Assembly (NCBI GenBank): GCA_037305845.1
Contig: CP147778.1
Coordinates: 1,452,259-1,484,258 of the forward strand
Source: Candidatus Freyarchaeum deiterrae
Lineage (GTDB): Archaea; Asgardarchaeota; Jordiarchaeia; Jordiarchaeales; Jordiarchaeaceae
DNA length: 32,000 nt
Direction: 5' to 3'
Shown: positions 18,258 to 27,185 of the stretch, piece by piece
How positions within the stretch are numbered: the stretch's first letter is position 1
Layout of the letters: every line of letters begins with the position of its first letter
Position numbers and translations under genes: made by a program
Notes under the pieces: generated by a model
What the model was told of the DNA's origin: nothing
The model's database searches: none
Seen by the model: the letters and a program-made list of their open reading frames with translations, nothing else

Positions 18258-20207
18258 TTATCCCTCTAACCTTTGTTTTAATTTTTTACGAAGGAGTTCA
18301 GCCACTACTTTTCCGTCGATGTTGCCCCTAACTTTTTCCATCACTTTACCCATCATAGGGCTAAACGCTCTTTCTCCGTTTTTTTCTATAAAGTCGCTGC
18401 TTTCATCAAGTATTTCATCGATTATTCCTTCAAGTTCCTCCGTGGTAATGGTTTCCAGTTTCAATTCTTTGAGAGCGTCCTCAACTGTAATTGAGGGAGA
18501 TTTTCCAAGTACTCGAAGGACTTCCTCCACTGCCTCTTTTGCAATTTTACCTTCAGAGAGAAATTTGAAAGTCTCTTTAATTTTTTCTTGAGGTATTTCA
18601 TCTGTTTGAATGTTCTCTCTATCCAGTGCTTTCATAGTTTGAAGAAGAGATACAGCAACGATCGTCGGATCTATTTTAATTTCTTTAACAATTTCCATGA
18701 AAAGCTCCATTTTTCCAGATCCCATCAATTCCTCTGCGAACAATTCGTTTATCTTGTATTTCTTTGCCAAGCGTTTCTGAACCACCCAGGGATATTCTGG
18801 AAGGTTTTTTCTAATTGATTCTACTCTTTCTTTTTCTATAACCAGTGGTGGCGAATCTGTATCGGGATATAGACGCGCCCCGCCATGTAACTCTCTTAAG
18901 AATTCGCTGTTGCCATTTTCTAGGGCTCTTCTGGTTTCTCTTAGTACACCCTTTAAGGCTCGCTTGGCGCGGCTAACGGCGTTATCCAATGCCTTTTGTG
19001 CTTTACTTTCATCTCCAATAACAATTGCATATGAGTCCATCTCGTCCAGAGCGAGAAAGCTTCGCAGCTTTGAATCCTCTTCCACACTGATGTTGTATTT
19101 ATCAAGTTTTTCATCGGAATGGATAATGCCCTTTAGTCCGGTAATCACTGTTACTCTCTCAGCGATTTCCTTTCCAAAACTTTTTCCTGGTTGAACCTCT
19201 TTGCCTAATAATCCAGCAAATTTGGGCAGCTTTACCGACAGCACTTTTTCTTCCTTTTTCTTATTTTTAATAATCTTGCATTTGGTAGAAGCGAAAATCT
19301 TGGAAGCATCTTTATATTCCGGTGAAAAGTCTTCTTCCTTTACCCCTCGTTCTAATAGCTGCTTCTTAATGTCTAGTAGTGCAACTTGTCTTATTGTCTC
19401 ATTTTCAGCTAGTCTAGGGATCCATTCTAACTTCTGGACTCCCTTGATTTCAACCCGCTCACCGCCCTCTATACTGACGTTAATATCCTGTCTTATGGTT
19501 CCAAGTCCCCTCTTTACCTTCTCTGTTGATCGTATAAGCATCCCTATCTTGTAAGCGGTTTTAAGAATTTCATCCGGATTTGTTATTTCCGGTAATGTAA
19601 CGATTTCCACTAGGGGAATTCCCAATCTGTCTATTCTATAATAAACTGTTTTCTCTTCTTCCCTAATTTTTCTAGCAGCATCCTCTTCTATACAAATAGT
19701 GGAGACTCCGATTTTCTTACCGTCGAGTGGTATGAAGCCGTCTGTTCCGATGATTAATGTGCGCTGAAATCCACAGGGAACTGATCCATCGAGATAGTTT
19801 TTTCGTAGGATGTGCAATTCGTCTATTACCTTTGCATTAAACAGGAGTGAAATTTCAATACCTATGTCTATCGCTTCTTGGGAGATGTCAAAAGGAGGTG
19901 TTTGATGCTTGCAGGTGTTCTACATGCAAGTTTCATCTATCTCATATGTGCAGTTAACATCATTAAATCCTTCATATACGATAGTACGTCCTTTTTCATA
20001 CTCAACTAGCATTGCTTCATCATACTTCCCCATCTCACCTAATACTGGTCTAAAATATCTCTTAACTAGAAATTCGGGTTCATCGGTTTTTAGAATTGGC
20101 TGACAGAGACAGAATAGTTTGCGATTGGTTAGAAGCTCCTGGTGAATTTCAATTCCTGCCTTGAATCCTAGTTTTTCGTATTCTAGCTCCAATAGAACCG
20201 CCTCCAA
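18258..20207 (-). CDS. gatE: Glutamyl-tRNA(Gln) amidotransferase subunit E. Proposed exons are 20207..19932 and 19901..18258, about 639 aa once the 30-nt insert is removed.
   Basis: The N-terminal ORF (YEKLGFKAGIEIHQEL...CTYEIDE) and the C-terminal ORF (LRKNYLDGSVPCGFQRT...EEDAARKI...) are in the same frame. They are separated only by a single TAG (19920..19922) inside an 11-codon stretch that interrupts the GatE/GatB-type DE(E)PP motif. Confidence 0.85.
19902..19931 (-). other. Putative BHB mini-intron (30 nt) in the gatE pre-mRNA
   Basis: RNA reads GAUG-AA|A-CUUGCA-UGUAGAACACC-UGCAAG-CAUC-AA|A. It has a perfect 4-bp central helix (GAUG/CAUC), two 3-nt bulges on opposite strands, a 6-bp inner helix and an 11-nt loop carrying the UAG. 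The outer helix is weak. Splicing gives ...YEIDE-TPPFDISQEAIDIG... Confidence 0.7.
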
Positions 20208-20382
20208 TTTTTTAAGGTTTCAAACACATTATCCGATGGTAACAACAAGAACCAACACCTTTTTCTTCATAATAATATCTCTTTCTAAAAATCTTTTCTA
20301 AGGCTTACAAAAATTCAAAGTATTTATAACTATTTCATTGCCTAGTCAGCATTGTATTCTAAACTTTTAGGGGCAAAAACAC

Positions 20383-21990
20383 TTGGAAACCACGGCTTCT
20401 CTTAAAAATATGCAAAAAATGGCTTGCAGGGAAATAATAGAGCAGGTTCTAAACAATAAGGAAATGAACGAGGAGCTAAACAAATTAAAAATAAAAATTT
20501 GCCAGAAATATCACCTAAATAAGGTTCCTAGGAACTCGGAGATTCTTAGCTATGCCTCGGAACAAGAGAGACAATATCTGCTACCCCTCTTAAGAAAGAA
20601 GAGAACACGTACAATTTCAGGTATCGCCATCGTAGCCGTAATGTCTAAGCCGGCACCCTGCCCCGGTACTTGTATCTACTGCCCTGGAGGTACCATCGCT
20701 CCGAAATCCTACTCAGGGCATGAGCCAGCAGCCATGAGAGCTATTCAGAATAATTTTGACCCATACTTACAGGTAAAATCTAGGATTAAACAACTAGGAG
20801 CAATCGGCCACAGGGTTGACGGAGGCAAAATAAAGCTCGTGGTAATGGGTGGAACATTTCTTTCTCTCCCAATAGATTATCAGCATTACTTTGTACAAAG
20901 ATGCCTTGATGCAATAACCGATATTTCTTCAGATACACTGGATGAAGCAAAAAGAAATGCAGAACATTCTCGTACTAGAAATGTGGGAATAACTTTCGAA
21001 ACACGCCCTGATTATTGCAGAGAAAAGCACGTCGATAACATGCTCAATATGGGGGGAACTAAAGTGGAAATTGGAGTTCAAACTGTTTACGATGATATTT
21101 ACAAACTTGTTCACAGAGGCCACACTGTACAAGATGTGGTAGAAGCTTTTAGGATAGCTAAGGATTCGGGTCTCAAGGTTACAGCGCACCTTATGCCTAA
21201 TCTTCCGGGATCAGATTATAGTAGAGATTTGGATATGTTCAAAACCATCTTTGATGATCCAAGGTTTAAGCCCGACAGCCTGAAGATTTATCCTTGTTTG
21301 GTACTTGAAGGCACGCCTCTCTACGATTTGTATATTAAAGGTGAGTATAGCCCTTACACGACGGATGATATCGTCAAACTTGTTGCTGAAGCTAAACGTA
21401 TAATTCCAAAATGGATCCGTATTCAACGTATTCAAAGAGATATACCTTCAAACCTAATTGTTTGCGGTGTGAAGAATGGCAATCTAAGGGAGTTAGCCGC
21501 TGAGGAGCTGGCAAGAAGGGGGTATAAATGTCAATGTATACGTTGCAGAGAAGTAGGTCATGTATCGCAGAGAAATCCGAATCTTTTACAAGGGGCAGAA
21601 GTGTTTTTACACACTGAGAGCTACTCTGCATCGGAAGGGGAAGAAGTGTTTGTATCCTATGAAAATAAGGATAGAAGTATTTTAGTAGGGTTTTTAAGAC
21701 TTAGACGACCATCAGATTTGGCTCATAGACCTGAGATTCGAAATTGTGGGTCAATGGTTGTTAGAGAATTGCATGTTTATGGTCCACTTGTACCCGTTCA
21801 TGAAAAGCCAAGGGATGAATGGCAACACCGGGGATACGGTAAAAATTTACTAAGTGAAGCCGAAAAAATTGCCAGAGAAGATTATGATGCAAAAAAGCTC
21901 CTAGTTCTCTCTGGCATAGGAGTTAAAGAGTATTACTATAAACTGGGATACAAACCTGATGGCATCTATGTTTCAAAAAAATTAAAATAG
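20383..21990 (+). CDS. elp3: Elp3-family radical-SAM / acetyltransferase (tRNA wobble uridine modification)
   Basis: Radical-SAM cluster motif CPGTCIYCPGG plus a C-terminal GNAT region (HRGYGKNLLSEAEKIA). The start is uncertain: TTG 20383, ATG 20410 or ATG 20419. Confidence 0.9.
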   Translation: METTASLKNMQKMACREIIEQVLNNKEMNEELNKLKIKICQKYHLNKVPRNSEILSYASEQERQYLLPLLRKKRTRTISGIAIVAVMSKPAPCPGTCIYCPGGTIAPKSYSGHEPAAMRAIQNNFDPYLQVKSRIKQLGAIGHRVDGGKIKLVVMGGTFLSLPIDYQHYFVQRCLDAITDISSDTLDEAKRNAEHSRTRNVGITFETRPDYCREKHVDNMLNMGGTKVEIGVQTVYDDIYKLVHRGHTVQDVVEAFRIAKDSGLKVTAHLMPNLPGSDYSRDLDMFKTIFDDPRFKPDSLKIYPCLVLEGTPLYDLYIKGEYSPYTTDDIVKLVAEAKRIIPKWIRIQRIQRDIPSNLIVCGVKNGNLRELAAEELARRGYKCQCIRCREVGHVSQRNPNLLQGAEVFLHTESYSASEGEEVFVSYENKDRSILVGFLRLRRPSDLAHRPEIRNCGSMVVRELHVYGPLVPVHEKPRDEWQHRGYGKNLLSEAEKIAREDYDAKKLLVLSGIGVKEYYYKLGYKPDGIYVSKKLK

Positions 21991-21994
21991 TTAA

Positions 21995-22015
21995 GTTCTC
22001 ATTTTTTTCGAGAAC
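21995..22015 (+). terminator. Possible terminator: oligo-T (T7, 22002..22008) inside a 6-bp hairpin just after the elp3 stop
   Basis: gttctc-attttttt c-gagaac lies 5 nt after the TAG at 21988..21990. Archaeal termination commonly uses oligo-T tracts. Confidence 0.4.
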
Positions 22016-22132
22016 CGTTGATTTGGCAAGAGTAGTATTCGCTTTTCTTCAAAGAAGTTCGCTTTAAGTTTAAGCAAAACGTGTTTTTTCCGACTAGGTA
22101 ATGTTTACAAGGGTCACAGACAGTAACAGTTT

Positions 22133-22504
22133 TTACTTTAGTTCTGCTATTTTTTTAGCTATGTCATTAATTAAATCGCGTGCGTTTCCCGGTTCGATTA
22201 TGCTCACGGCAGCAGATGGAACGTCTATTCCCGAGGCAGTGCCAATCTGTTCTCTACTGCGCACATAGATGTACGGAATTTTTTTCTCCTCGCAGAGCAG
22301 CGGCACATGAGCCACAACTTCTGGAGGGTCGACATCTTCTGCCAGTATAACTAGTTTAGCTTGCCCACGTTCTATGGTCTTAGTCGTCTCATTTGTGCCC
22401 TTTCTAATCTTACCGGTATCACGCGCAATCTCTAGCGCTTGCAGAGCTTTTTTGACTAGCTCATCTGGGACTTGAAACCTTACATAAAAGGGCTTCGACA
22501 ACAA
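22133..22504 (-). CDS. rpl7ae: 50S ribosomal protein L7Ae (k-turn binding protein)
   Basis: [22 protein letters not shown]...[43 protein letters not shown]. The start is a TTG, 5 nt after GGAGG. Confidence 0.95.
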   Translation of the reverse strand: MLSKPFYVRFQVPDELVKKALQALEIARDTGKIRKGTNETTKTIERGQAKLVILAEDVDPPEVVAHVPLLCEEKKIPYIYVRSREQIGTASGIDVPSAAVSIIEPGNARDLINDIAKKIAELK

Positions 22505-22509
22505 TCATT

Positions 22510-22534
22510 CCTCCTTCGGGCAGCGCCCTCATCA
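22510..22534 (-). promoter_or_regulatory. C-box-like UGAUGA plus a GA-flanked GC hairpin overlapping the L7Ae Shine-Dalgarno (possible k-turn/k-loop autoregulatory site)
   Basis: The leader RNA reads AAAAUGAUGA-GGGC-GCU-GCCC-GA-AGGAGG-AAUGA-UUG(start). GA dinucleotides on both sides of the GGGC/GCCC stem could form tandem sheared G.A pairs. I could not draw a clean C-stem. Confidence 0.3.
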
Positions 22535-22654
22535 TTTTGTGGGGCATCGCTCTGAATTGATTATTGGTAGGAAATAAGTTATCAAGTTTCGCTTATGAAA
22601 TTTTTGGTGATATTAAAATTTGGAGAAGAACAGCGTAATTCGAGTGGATAAATT

Positions 22655-23170
22655 TTATCTAGACAGAAAGTTGAGAACTTCATTAAGAGCACATTTAAAC
22701 CATATGGTGTATTTTTCTGGGTGTTTTTCTACGTTTTCTTTAAGCGTATCTATACTTACCCATTTAAAATCTTCTGCTTCTTCTGGATTTAGTTTGATTT
22801 TCCCGTCATGTTTTCCGATAAAAACGTGGTCGAATTCATATTCAGTAAGATTATGATCAAGATTAGCTTTATATACAAAATCGAAAGATTCTTTCAAATC
22901 ACAATCAAAACCCATTTCTTCCATTAATCTTCTATGAGCAGCTTTATCTATAGCTTCCCCGGGTCTTGGATGGCTACAACAGGCATTTGACCATAGACCA
23001 CCGGAGTGATACTTACTCTTTGCTCTTTTTTGGAGAAGCATTTCCTCCCTTGAGTTAAAGATAAAAATTGAGAACGCGCGATGTAGTTTCCCTTCTTCGT
23101 GTGCTTTTATCTTTTCTTCTGTGCCTATTTCTTTATCAGTCTCGTCCACTAGGATTACTGTTTCTTTCAT
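22655..23170 (-). CDS. idi: Isopentenyl-diphosphate delta-isomerase, type 1 (Nudix family)
   Basis: LHRAFSIFIFN...LLQKRAKSKYHSGGLWSNACCSHPRPGE...EYEFDHVF...W aligns with the Cys and Glu catalytic regions of E. coli-type Idi. I prefer the ATG at 23170 (GAGG 8 nt upstream) over 23221. Confidence 0.8.
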   Translation of the reverse strand: MKETVILVDETDKEIGTEEKIKAHEEGKLHRAFSIFIFNSREEMLLQKRAKSKYHSGGLWSNACCSHPRPGEAIDKAAHRRLMEEMGFDCDLKESFDFVYKANLDHNLTEYEFDHVFIGKHDGKIKLNPEEAEDFKWVSIDTLKENVEKHPEKYTIWFKCALNEVLNFLSR

Positions 23171-23241
23171 GTTTAATGCCTCTTTTTTATAAACTAATAA
23201 CAATTTCGCATACATTGCCATGAAAACTTCAATTTTGATAA

Positions 23242-24045
23242 TTATTGGGCAGATATAAGAGTTCCCAACTCTTTATTTCCAAGTAGGGAGTTTAGTATGT
23301 ATCCCTCCTTTTTAGCGTTTATTATTTCTACTTGGATCCCCCTTTCCACAAGAGGTAAGAGCTCCAATATTTTACGGCGCATTCCCCCAGTAACGTCGGT
23401 GGTTTTGGAACCTGAAACGTTTCTTAGAGTTTTTTCAATATTATCTGGTGTAATTAAACGAATTAATTTAGCGTTTTTATTTGTGTTCGGATCAGAATCA
23501 AATACGCCGTCCACGTTAGTTCCGAAAATTACGCGTTCGGAGTTTAGTTTTTGGGCCAAAAAAGGTACGATATGGTCACCAGACAATATGCTGTAGCCCT
23601 GTTTTTCATCAAAAACAGCATCTCCCCAAAGCACAGGTATACAACCCAGATTTAATGCTGACATCAGGGTTTTAGTGAACATGTCGGATAATTTACTATC
23701 CTTCTGGATAGAAATGGCAGAAGGCTGTAAAGGAATAGCGGGTAGTCCAAGGTTCTGAAGCTCCTCCACGAATATTAGATTAAGTTTACGCATAACTTGA
23801 ACAGTTTTAGTAAATCCCAATATCTGATTACCAGACTTTAAACCTAGATGCACATTATACTTAGCCGCAACGCTATGCCCAAAAGAACCTCCCCCGTGAA
23901 CTAAAACTAGTTTCAAATTGGGAGAGCGGTCAAATGCTTCTTTAATCTCCATAGCTATTCTCTTTATGGCTTTGAAATCAGCGAGCATATCCTTCTCTTT
24001 TTTTGTAATGACACTTCCTCCAACCTTAAGTATAACAATGCTCAT
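23242..24045 (-). CDS. ipk: Isopentenyl phosphate kinase (amino-acid-kinase fold)
   Basis: ILKVGGSVITKK...LVHGGGSFGH...DVTGGM motifs, with the gene sitting between mvk and idi. The start is 24045 or 24060. Confidence 0.8.
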   Translation of the reverse strand: MSIVILKVGGSVITKKEKDMLADFKAIKRIAMEIKEAFDRSPNLKLVLVHGGGSFGHSVAAKYNVHLGLKSGNQILGFTKTVQVMRKLNLIFVEELQNLGLPAIPLQPSAISIQKDSKLSDMFTKTLMSALNLGCIPVLWGDAVFDEKQGYSILSGDHIVPFLAQKLNSERVIFGTNVDGVFDSDPNTNKNAKLIRLITPDNIEKTLRNVSGSKTTDVTGGMRRKILELLPLVERGIQVEIINAKKEGYILNSLLGNKELGTLISAQ

Positions 24046-24079
24046 CGTTATCTCTTCCAAAAGCAGTTTAGTTTTCCAT

Positions 24080-25046
24080 TTAGCTCTTCTCTATTTTCGC
24101 CCCTTCTTGGGATATGTTGGTAATAATGGGTTTTCCATCAGCTTTTAGTAAAGCATCAGCTATTTGTTTCTGTTTCATTTCCGGTGATAGAGCTATCATG
24201 CAGCCTCCTCCGCCTGCGCCTGTTAACTTTGCGCCATATGCCCCATTTGTTCTAGCTACGTTTATGAGTTTGTTGAGTTCAAAGGTGGAAACACCTATTG
24301 CCTCTAATAATCCTTGGTTAATGTCCATTAATTCTCCAAGCGCTGGTAAATCATTCTTTTCTAGAAACTTTAGACTCTCCATGACAAGTTTGCCTATTGA
24401 ATTAATAATTGGGGTTACTACTTCGGTTTGTCTATCTCTCCTCAACCTAACCTTCCTAACCCATTCTGCCGTATTTCTCTCTATGCCTGTATCTCCGATC
24501 ACGAGAGGTATTCTGGAGTTTAGTTTGACTGGTTTAATGGTGCCCCCTTTGTATAGTATAATACTTCCATTAGTTGCGATTGTGTTATCGATTCCGGAAG
24601 GCGTTCCATGGACAATTTTTTCAGCCTTAAAAGCTATATCAGAAATTTCGGATTTAGAGAGATTTAGATTTAGCAAAGCGTTTATGGCCATAGTAAGAGC
24701 TACAGAAACCGCTGCAGATGAACCTAGTCCAGCACCCGGAGGAATGTCCGACCTTATAGAAATATCAAAACCACGATCAAAACCGCTCCGATTTGAAATC
24801 TCTTTACAAACAGCACATGCTGGAATAAAAATACTTGGTAAATGTGACTCTGGCTCGCTTTCATTAATTTTAAACTCACATGACTTCTTATATTCTTGGG
24901 AGAAGATTTGACATTCTTTTTTATCATTTAAACTGGCAGTTACATAAACCCGCTTATCTATCGCAGCCACTAACGCGGGTTCCCCATAGACAACCGCATG
25001 TTCACCGAAAAAAAATAACCTTCCCCGGCGCCGAAGCTGTTACCAT
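24080..25046 (-). CDS. mvk: Mevalonate kinase. The reading frame requires a +1 shift (or removal of one U) at the U8 tract 25008..25015.
   Basis: Starting at the ATG at 25046 the frame reads MVTASAPGKVIFF, then CGG-UGA. The next frame continues GEHAVVYGEPALVAAIDKRVYV...PPGAGLGSSAAV...KLTGAGGGGC. These are GHMP kinase motifs 1-3, with motif 1 split by the shift. Confidence 0.75.
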
Positions 25047-25147
25047 ATCAATTCACCCATCGGTCAGCCAGCATGAGTCCTATAAGGCTCAGCTTATTCA
25101 TTTATTTTTAATTCATACCTCTTATACCAATTCAAAACTACAATTTT

Positions 25148-25756
25148 TTACCTTTTAACTTTGGCTTCAAAATCATCTACAGAAATGGGTAGTTCCCCGT
25201 CAGGCTGGATTTCTCCTCTCTCCCTTAGAACCTGCTGTGCTAATAACCAGTATATAATGGAGAGCGCCCTACGTCCTTTATTATTACTTGGAATAACTAG
25301 ATCAATATTCTCGGTAGAATTATCTGTATCACATAGAGCAACCACCGGGATTCTAGCCGTTGCAGCTTCAGTTAATGCCTGCGAATCCGCCCGGGGATCG
25401 GTGAGCATTATAACATCAGGCTCAATGTACCTTCCTAAAGAGGGGTTTGTAAAAATTCCAGGAATAAATCTTCCAGCTATCGTGTTAGCACGGATTATGC
25501 TACTGAATTTACGTACAGGCCTTTGACCATATTGTCTTGCAGATACAAGAGCTATTCTTGCTGGTTCGAATCTTGCTAGAAAACGACCAGTTACTCTTAT
25601 TCTCTCATCGGTCTTTCTGATGTCGAGAACATAGAGTCCATCAGACCTTACCCTATAGATAAAGGGCTCCATACTTTTGGTTTTAACCTGTGTCCCAATA
25701 TGGACTCCTGCGGCAAGATACTTATCCAATGGAATTAATAGTTCTGGCTCAGACAT
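25148..25756 (-). CDS. rps2: 30S ribosomal protein S2
   Basis: [18 protein letters not shown]...[12 protein letters not shown]...[11 protein letters not shown], 202 aa. Confidence 0.95.
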   Translation of the reverse strand: MSEPELLIPLDKYLAAGVHIGTQVKTKSMEPFIYRVRSDGLYVLDIRKTDERIRVTGRFLARFEPARIALVSARQYGQRPVRKFSSIIRANTIAGRFIPGIFTNPSLGRYIEPDVIMLTDPRADSQALTEAATARIPVVALCDTDNSTENIDLVIPSNNKGRRALSIIYWLLAQQVLRERGEIQPDGELPISVDDFEAKVKR

Positions 25757-25829
25757 TATGTAACACGCTCAAATTCTAATTGGATTTGGATGTCTGTGAA
25801 ATAACGTTTAGACCTAAAAATTTTATGGG

Positions 25830-26030
25830 TTAGGTGTGTTGACTAAAGGGAAGTATATCGTCAATTAGGTTAATATGACTAAGCATCATACGCCTACAAC
25901 AGTATCGTGTAATTTTCAGACTGGTTAAAACGACATCCGGCGGCTCACCTTGTCTTACTCTTCTAATAAACTCTTCCCATTTGTCAGCTATCAATTTACC
26001 ACATGTAAAGCATCTTATAGGTATAATCAT
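25830..26030 (-). CDS. rpoN: DNA-directed RNA polymerase subunit N (Rpb10)
   Basis: [12 protein letters not shown]...RYCCRRM zinc motif. The ATG at 26030 lies 9 nt after GGAG. The ORF-track start at 26048 would add 6 non-conserved residues. Confidence 0.9.
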   Translation of the reverse strand: MIIPIRCFTCGKLIADKWEEFIRRVRQGEPPDVVLTSLKITRYCCRRMMLSHINLIDDILPFSQHT

Positions 26031-26174
26031 ATGACAAATCTCCATCAACCATTAAAAACTGACCAAACTTTCCTATCACACAATGTTTTGTACTATTGGT
26101 GAAATAAACGTTTTTTGGATTTTTAAATAGAATGTAAAGATTATGCAAAGCTCATCTGTTCTTAAATTAGCTCA

Positions 26175-26585
26175 TCACCTGTAACTCTTTTGGACTTTTG
26201 CCCTGGCGCCTCTTCCTCCAGGTTTCTTTGGTTCCTTTTGTCTAGGATCGGAAACTAGAAATTTTCTATCGTACTCTAGAAGTTTTTGTCTTATTTGAGG
26301 ATCGTCGAAATATTGGGTTAAGGCCTTCGCAATGGTGGTTCTAGCTGCTTCTGCTTGACTCGTTATTCCTCCACCCTGAACTGTAACGTCTATGTCAACT
26401 TTGTTATATAAAGCGGGTTCTACCAGAATTAATGGTTCCATTACTTTTTGGCGGGCTAAAAGTGGTTCTATTAGTTTAACGGGTGTCTTGTTAACTCTGA
26501 TTCTTCCTGAGCCCGGTTTTAGAACCGCTCTGGCTATTGAATTCTTCCTTTTTCCGCTAGTTAGTATTACTATCTTTTTACTCAC
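26175..26585 (-). CDS. rps9: 30S ribosomal protein S9
   Basis: GKRKNSIARAVLKPGSG...VQGGGITSQAEAARTTIAKAL...DPRQKEPKKPGGRGARAKVQKSYR. Confidence 0.95.
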   Translation of the reverse strand: MSKKIVILTSGKRKNSIARAVLKPGSGRIRVNKTPVKLIEPLLARQKVMEPLILVEPALYNKVDIDVTVQGGGITSQAEAARTTIAKALTQYFDDPQIRQKLLEYDRKFLVSDPRQKEPKKPGGRGARAKVQKSYR

Positions 26586-26604
26586 AATTAAACCTCCGTG
26601 AGTT

Positions 26605-27183
26605 CTAACCTACAGGCGATACCCATCCTATTTCATTGGAAAGTGTTTCTATAGTAATATAGGAACAATCTGATTTTTTAATATGAGCATAGGAAATGGT
26701 TTGGGAGGGAGCTTTGCCCAAATACTCGGGTACGCCTAGATAAACTCTTAGATGCTTGTAGGCAGCCTTTCCTTTAGGTCTCTTCCATGGAAGCATGCCT
26801 CGAATGGTACGTTTAACTATTCGGTCGGGTCTTCGAAAATGGAATGGCCCCTTCAAAGGTTGTGTGTGTGTTTTAATTTGTAATTTCCATTTGTATCGGG
26901 ATATAATTGCTTTTTTGGTACCAGTAATTACTGCTTTCTCAGCATTAATGACGGCTACCCTTTGTCCTTGCACAAGATGTGAGGCGACCACGCTTGCCAA
27001 CCTTCCGAGAATAAGGTTAGTGGCATCAATTACGACTAGGTTGTCTAGGGGGAGGGAGCCTCTAATTTTCTTTTCGCGGGGTTGTCTTGTTTTTTCTGAT
27101 TTTTTCTCTATTTTCTTCTCTTCTACTGATTCCGTTTCTTTCTTTTTTCCAGATTTTTTGACTTGTTTTGACATTTTACCCAC
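26605..27183 (-). CDS. rpl13: 50S ribosomal protein L13, with a possible ~45-aa Lys/Glu-rich N-terminal extension
   Basis: The core VVIDATNLILGRLAS...INAEKAVITG...RPDRIVKRTIRGMLP matches L13. No ATG lies between 27183 and the core, so either the extension is real or an internal non-ATG start is used. Confidence 0.85.
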   Translation of the reverse strand: MGKMSKQVKKSGKKKETESVEEKKIEKKSEKTRQPREKKIRGSLPLDNLVVIDATNLILGRLASVVASHLVQGQRVAVINAEKAVITGTKKAIISRYKWKLQIKTHTQPLKGPFHFRRPDRIVKRTIRGMLPWKRPKGKAAYKHLRVYLGVPEYLGKAPSQTISYAHIKKSDCSYITIETLSNEIGWVSPVG

Positions 27184-27185
27184 GT

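Noticed and set aside
19920-19922. The in-frame TAG in gatE read as pyrrolysine or a reassigned sense codon, or gatE as a pseudogene
   Set aside because: The TAG sits in the loop of a perfect BHB motif. Canonical excision removes exactly the 10 codons that have no counterpart in the conserved DE(E)PP region. TAG is also used as an ordinary stop elsewhere in the window (Mut7-C gene, AMMECR1, elp3). Both halves of gatE are otherwise intact, and gatE is coupled to gatD.
24114-24911. Long antisense ORFs opposite real genes (for example 24114..24911, 6273..6785, 6786..7121, 10716..11117, 15502..15942, 26795..27202, 173..526)
   Set aside because: Each lies entirely within a well-supported conserved gene on the other strand. 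They translate to low-complexity Ser/Leu/Pro/Phe-rich sequences with no recognisable motifs, which is typical of shadow ORFs.
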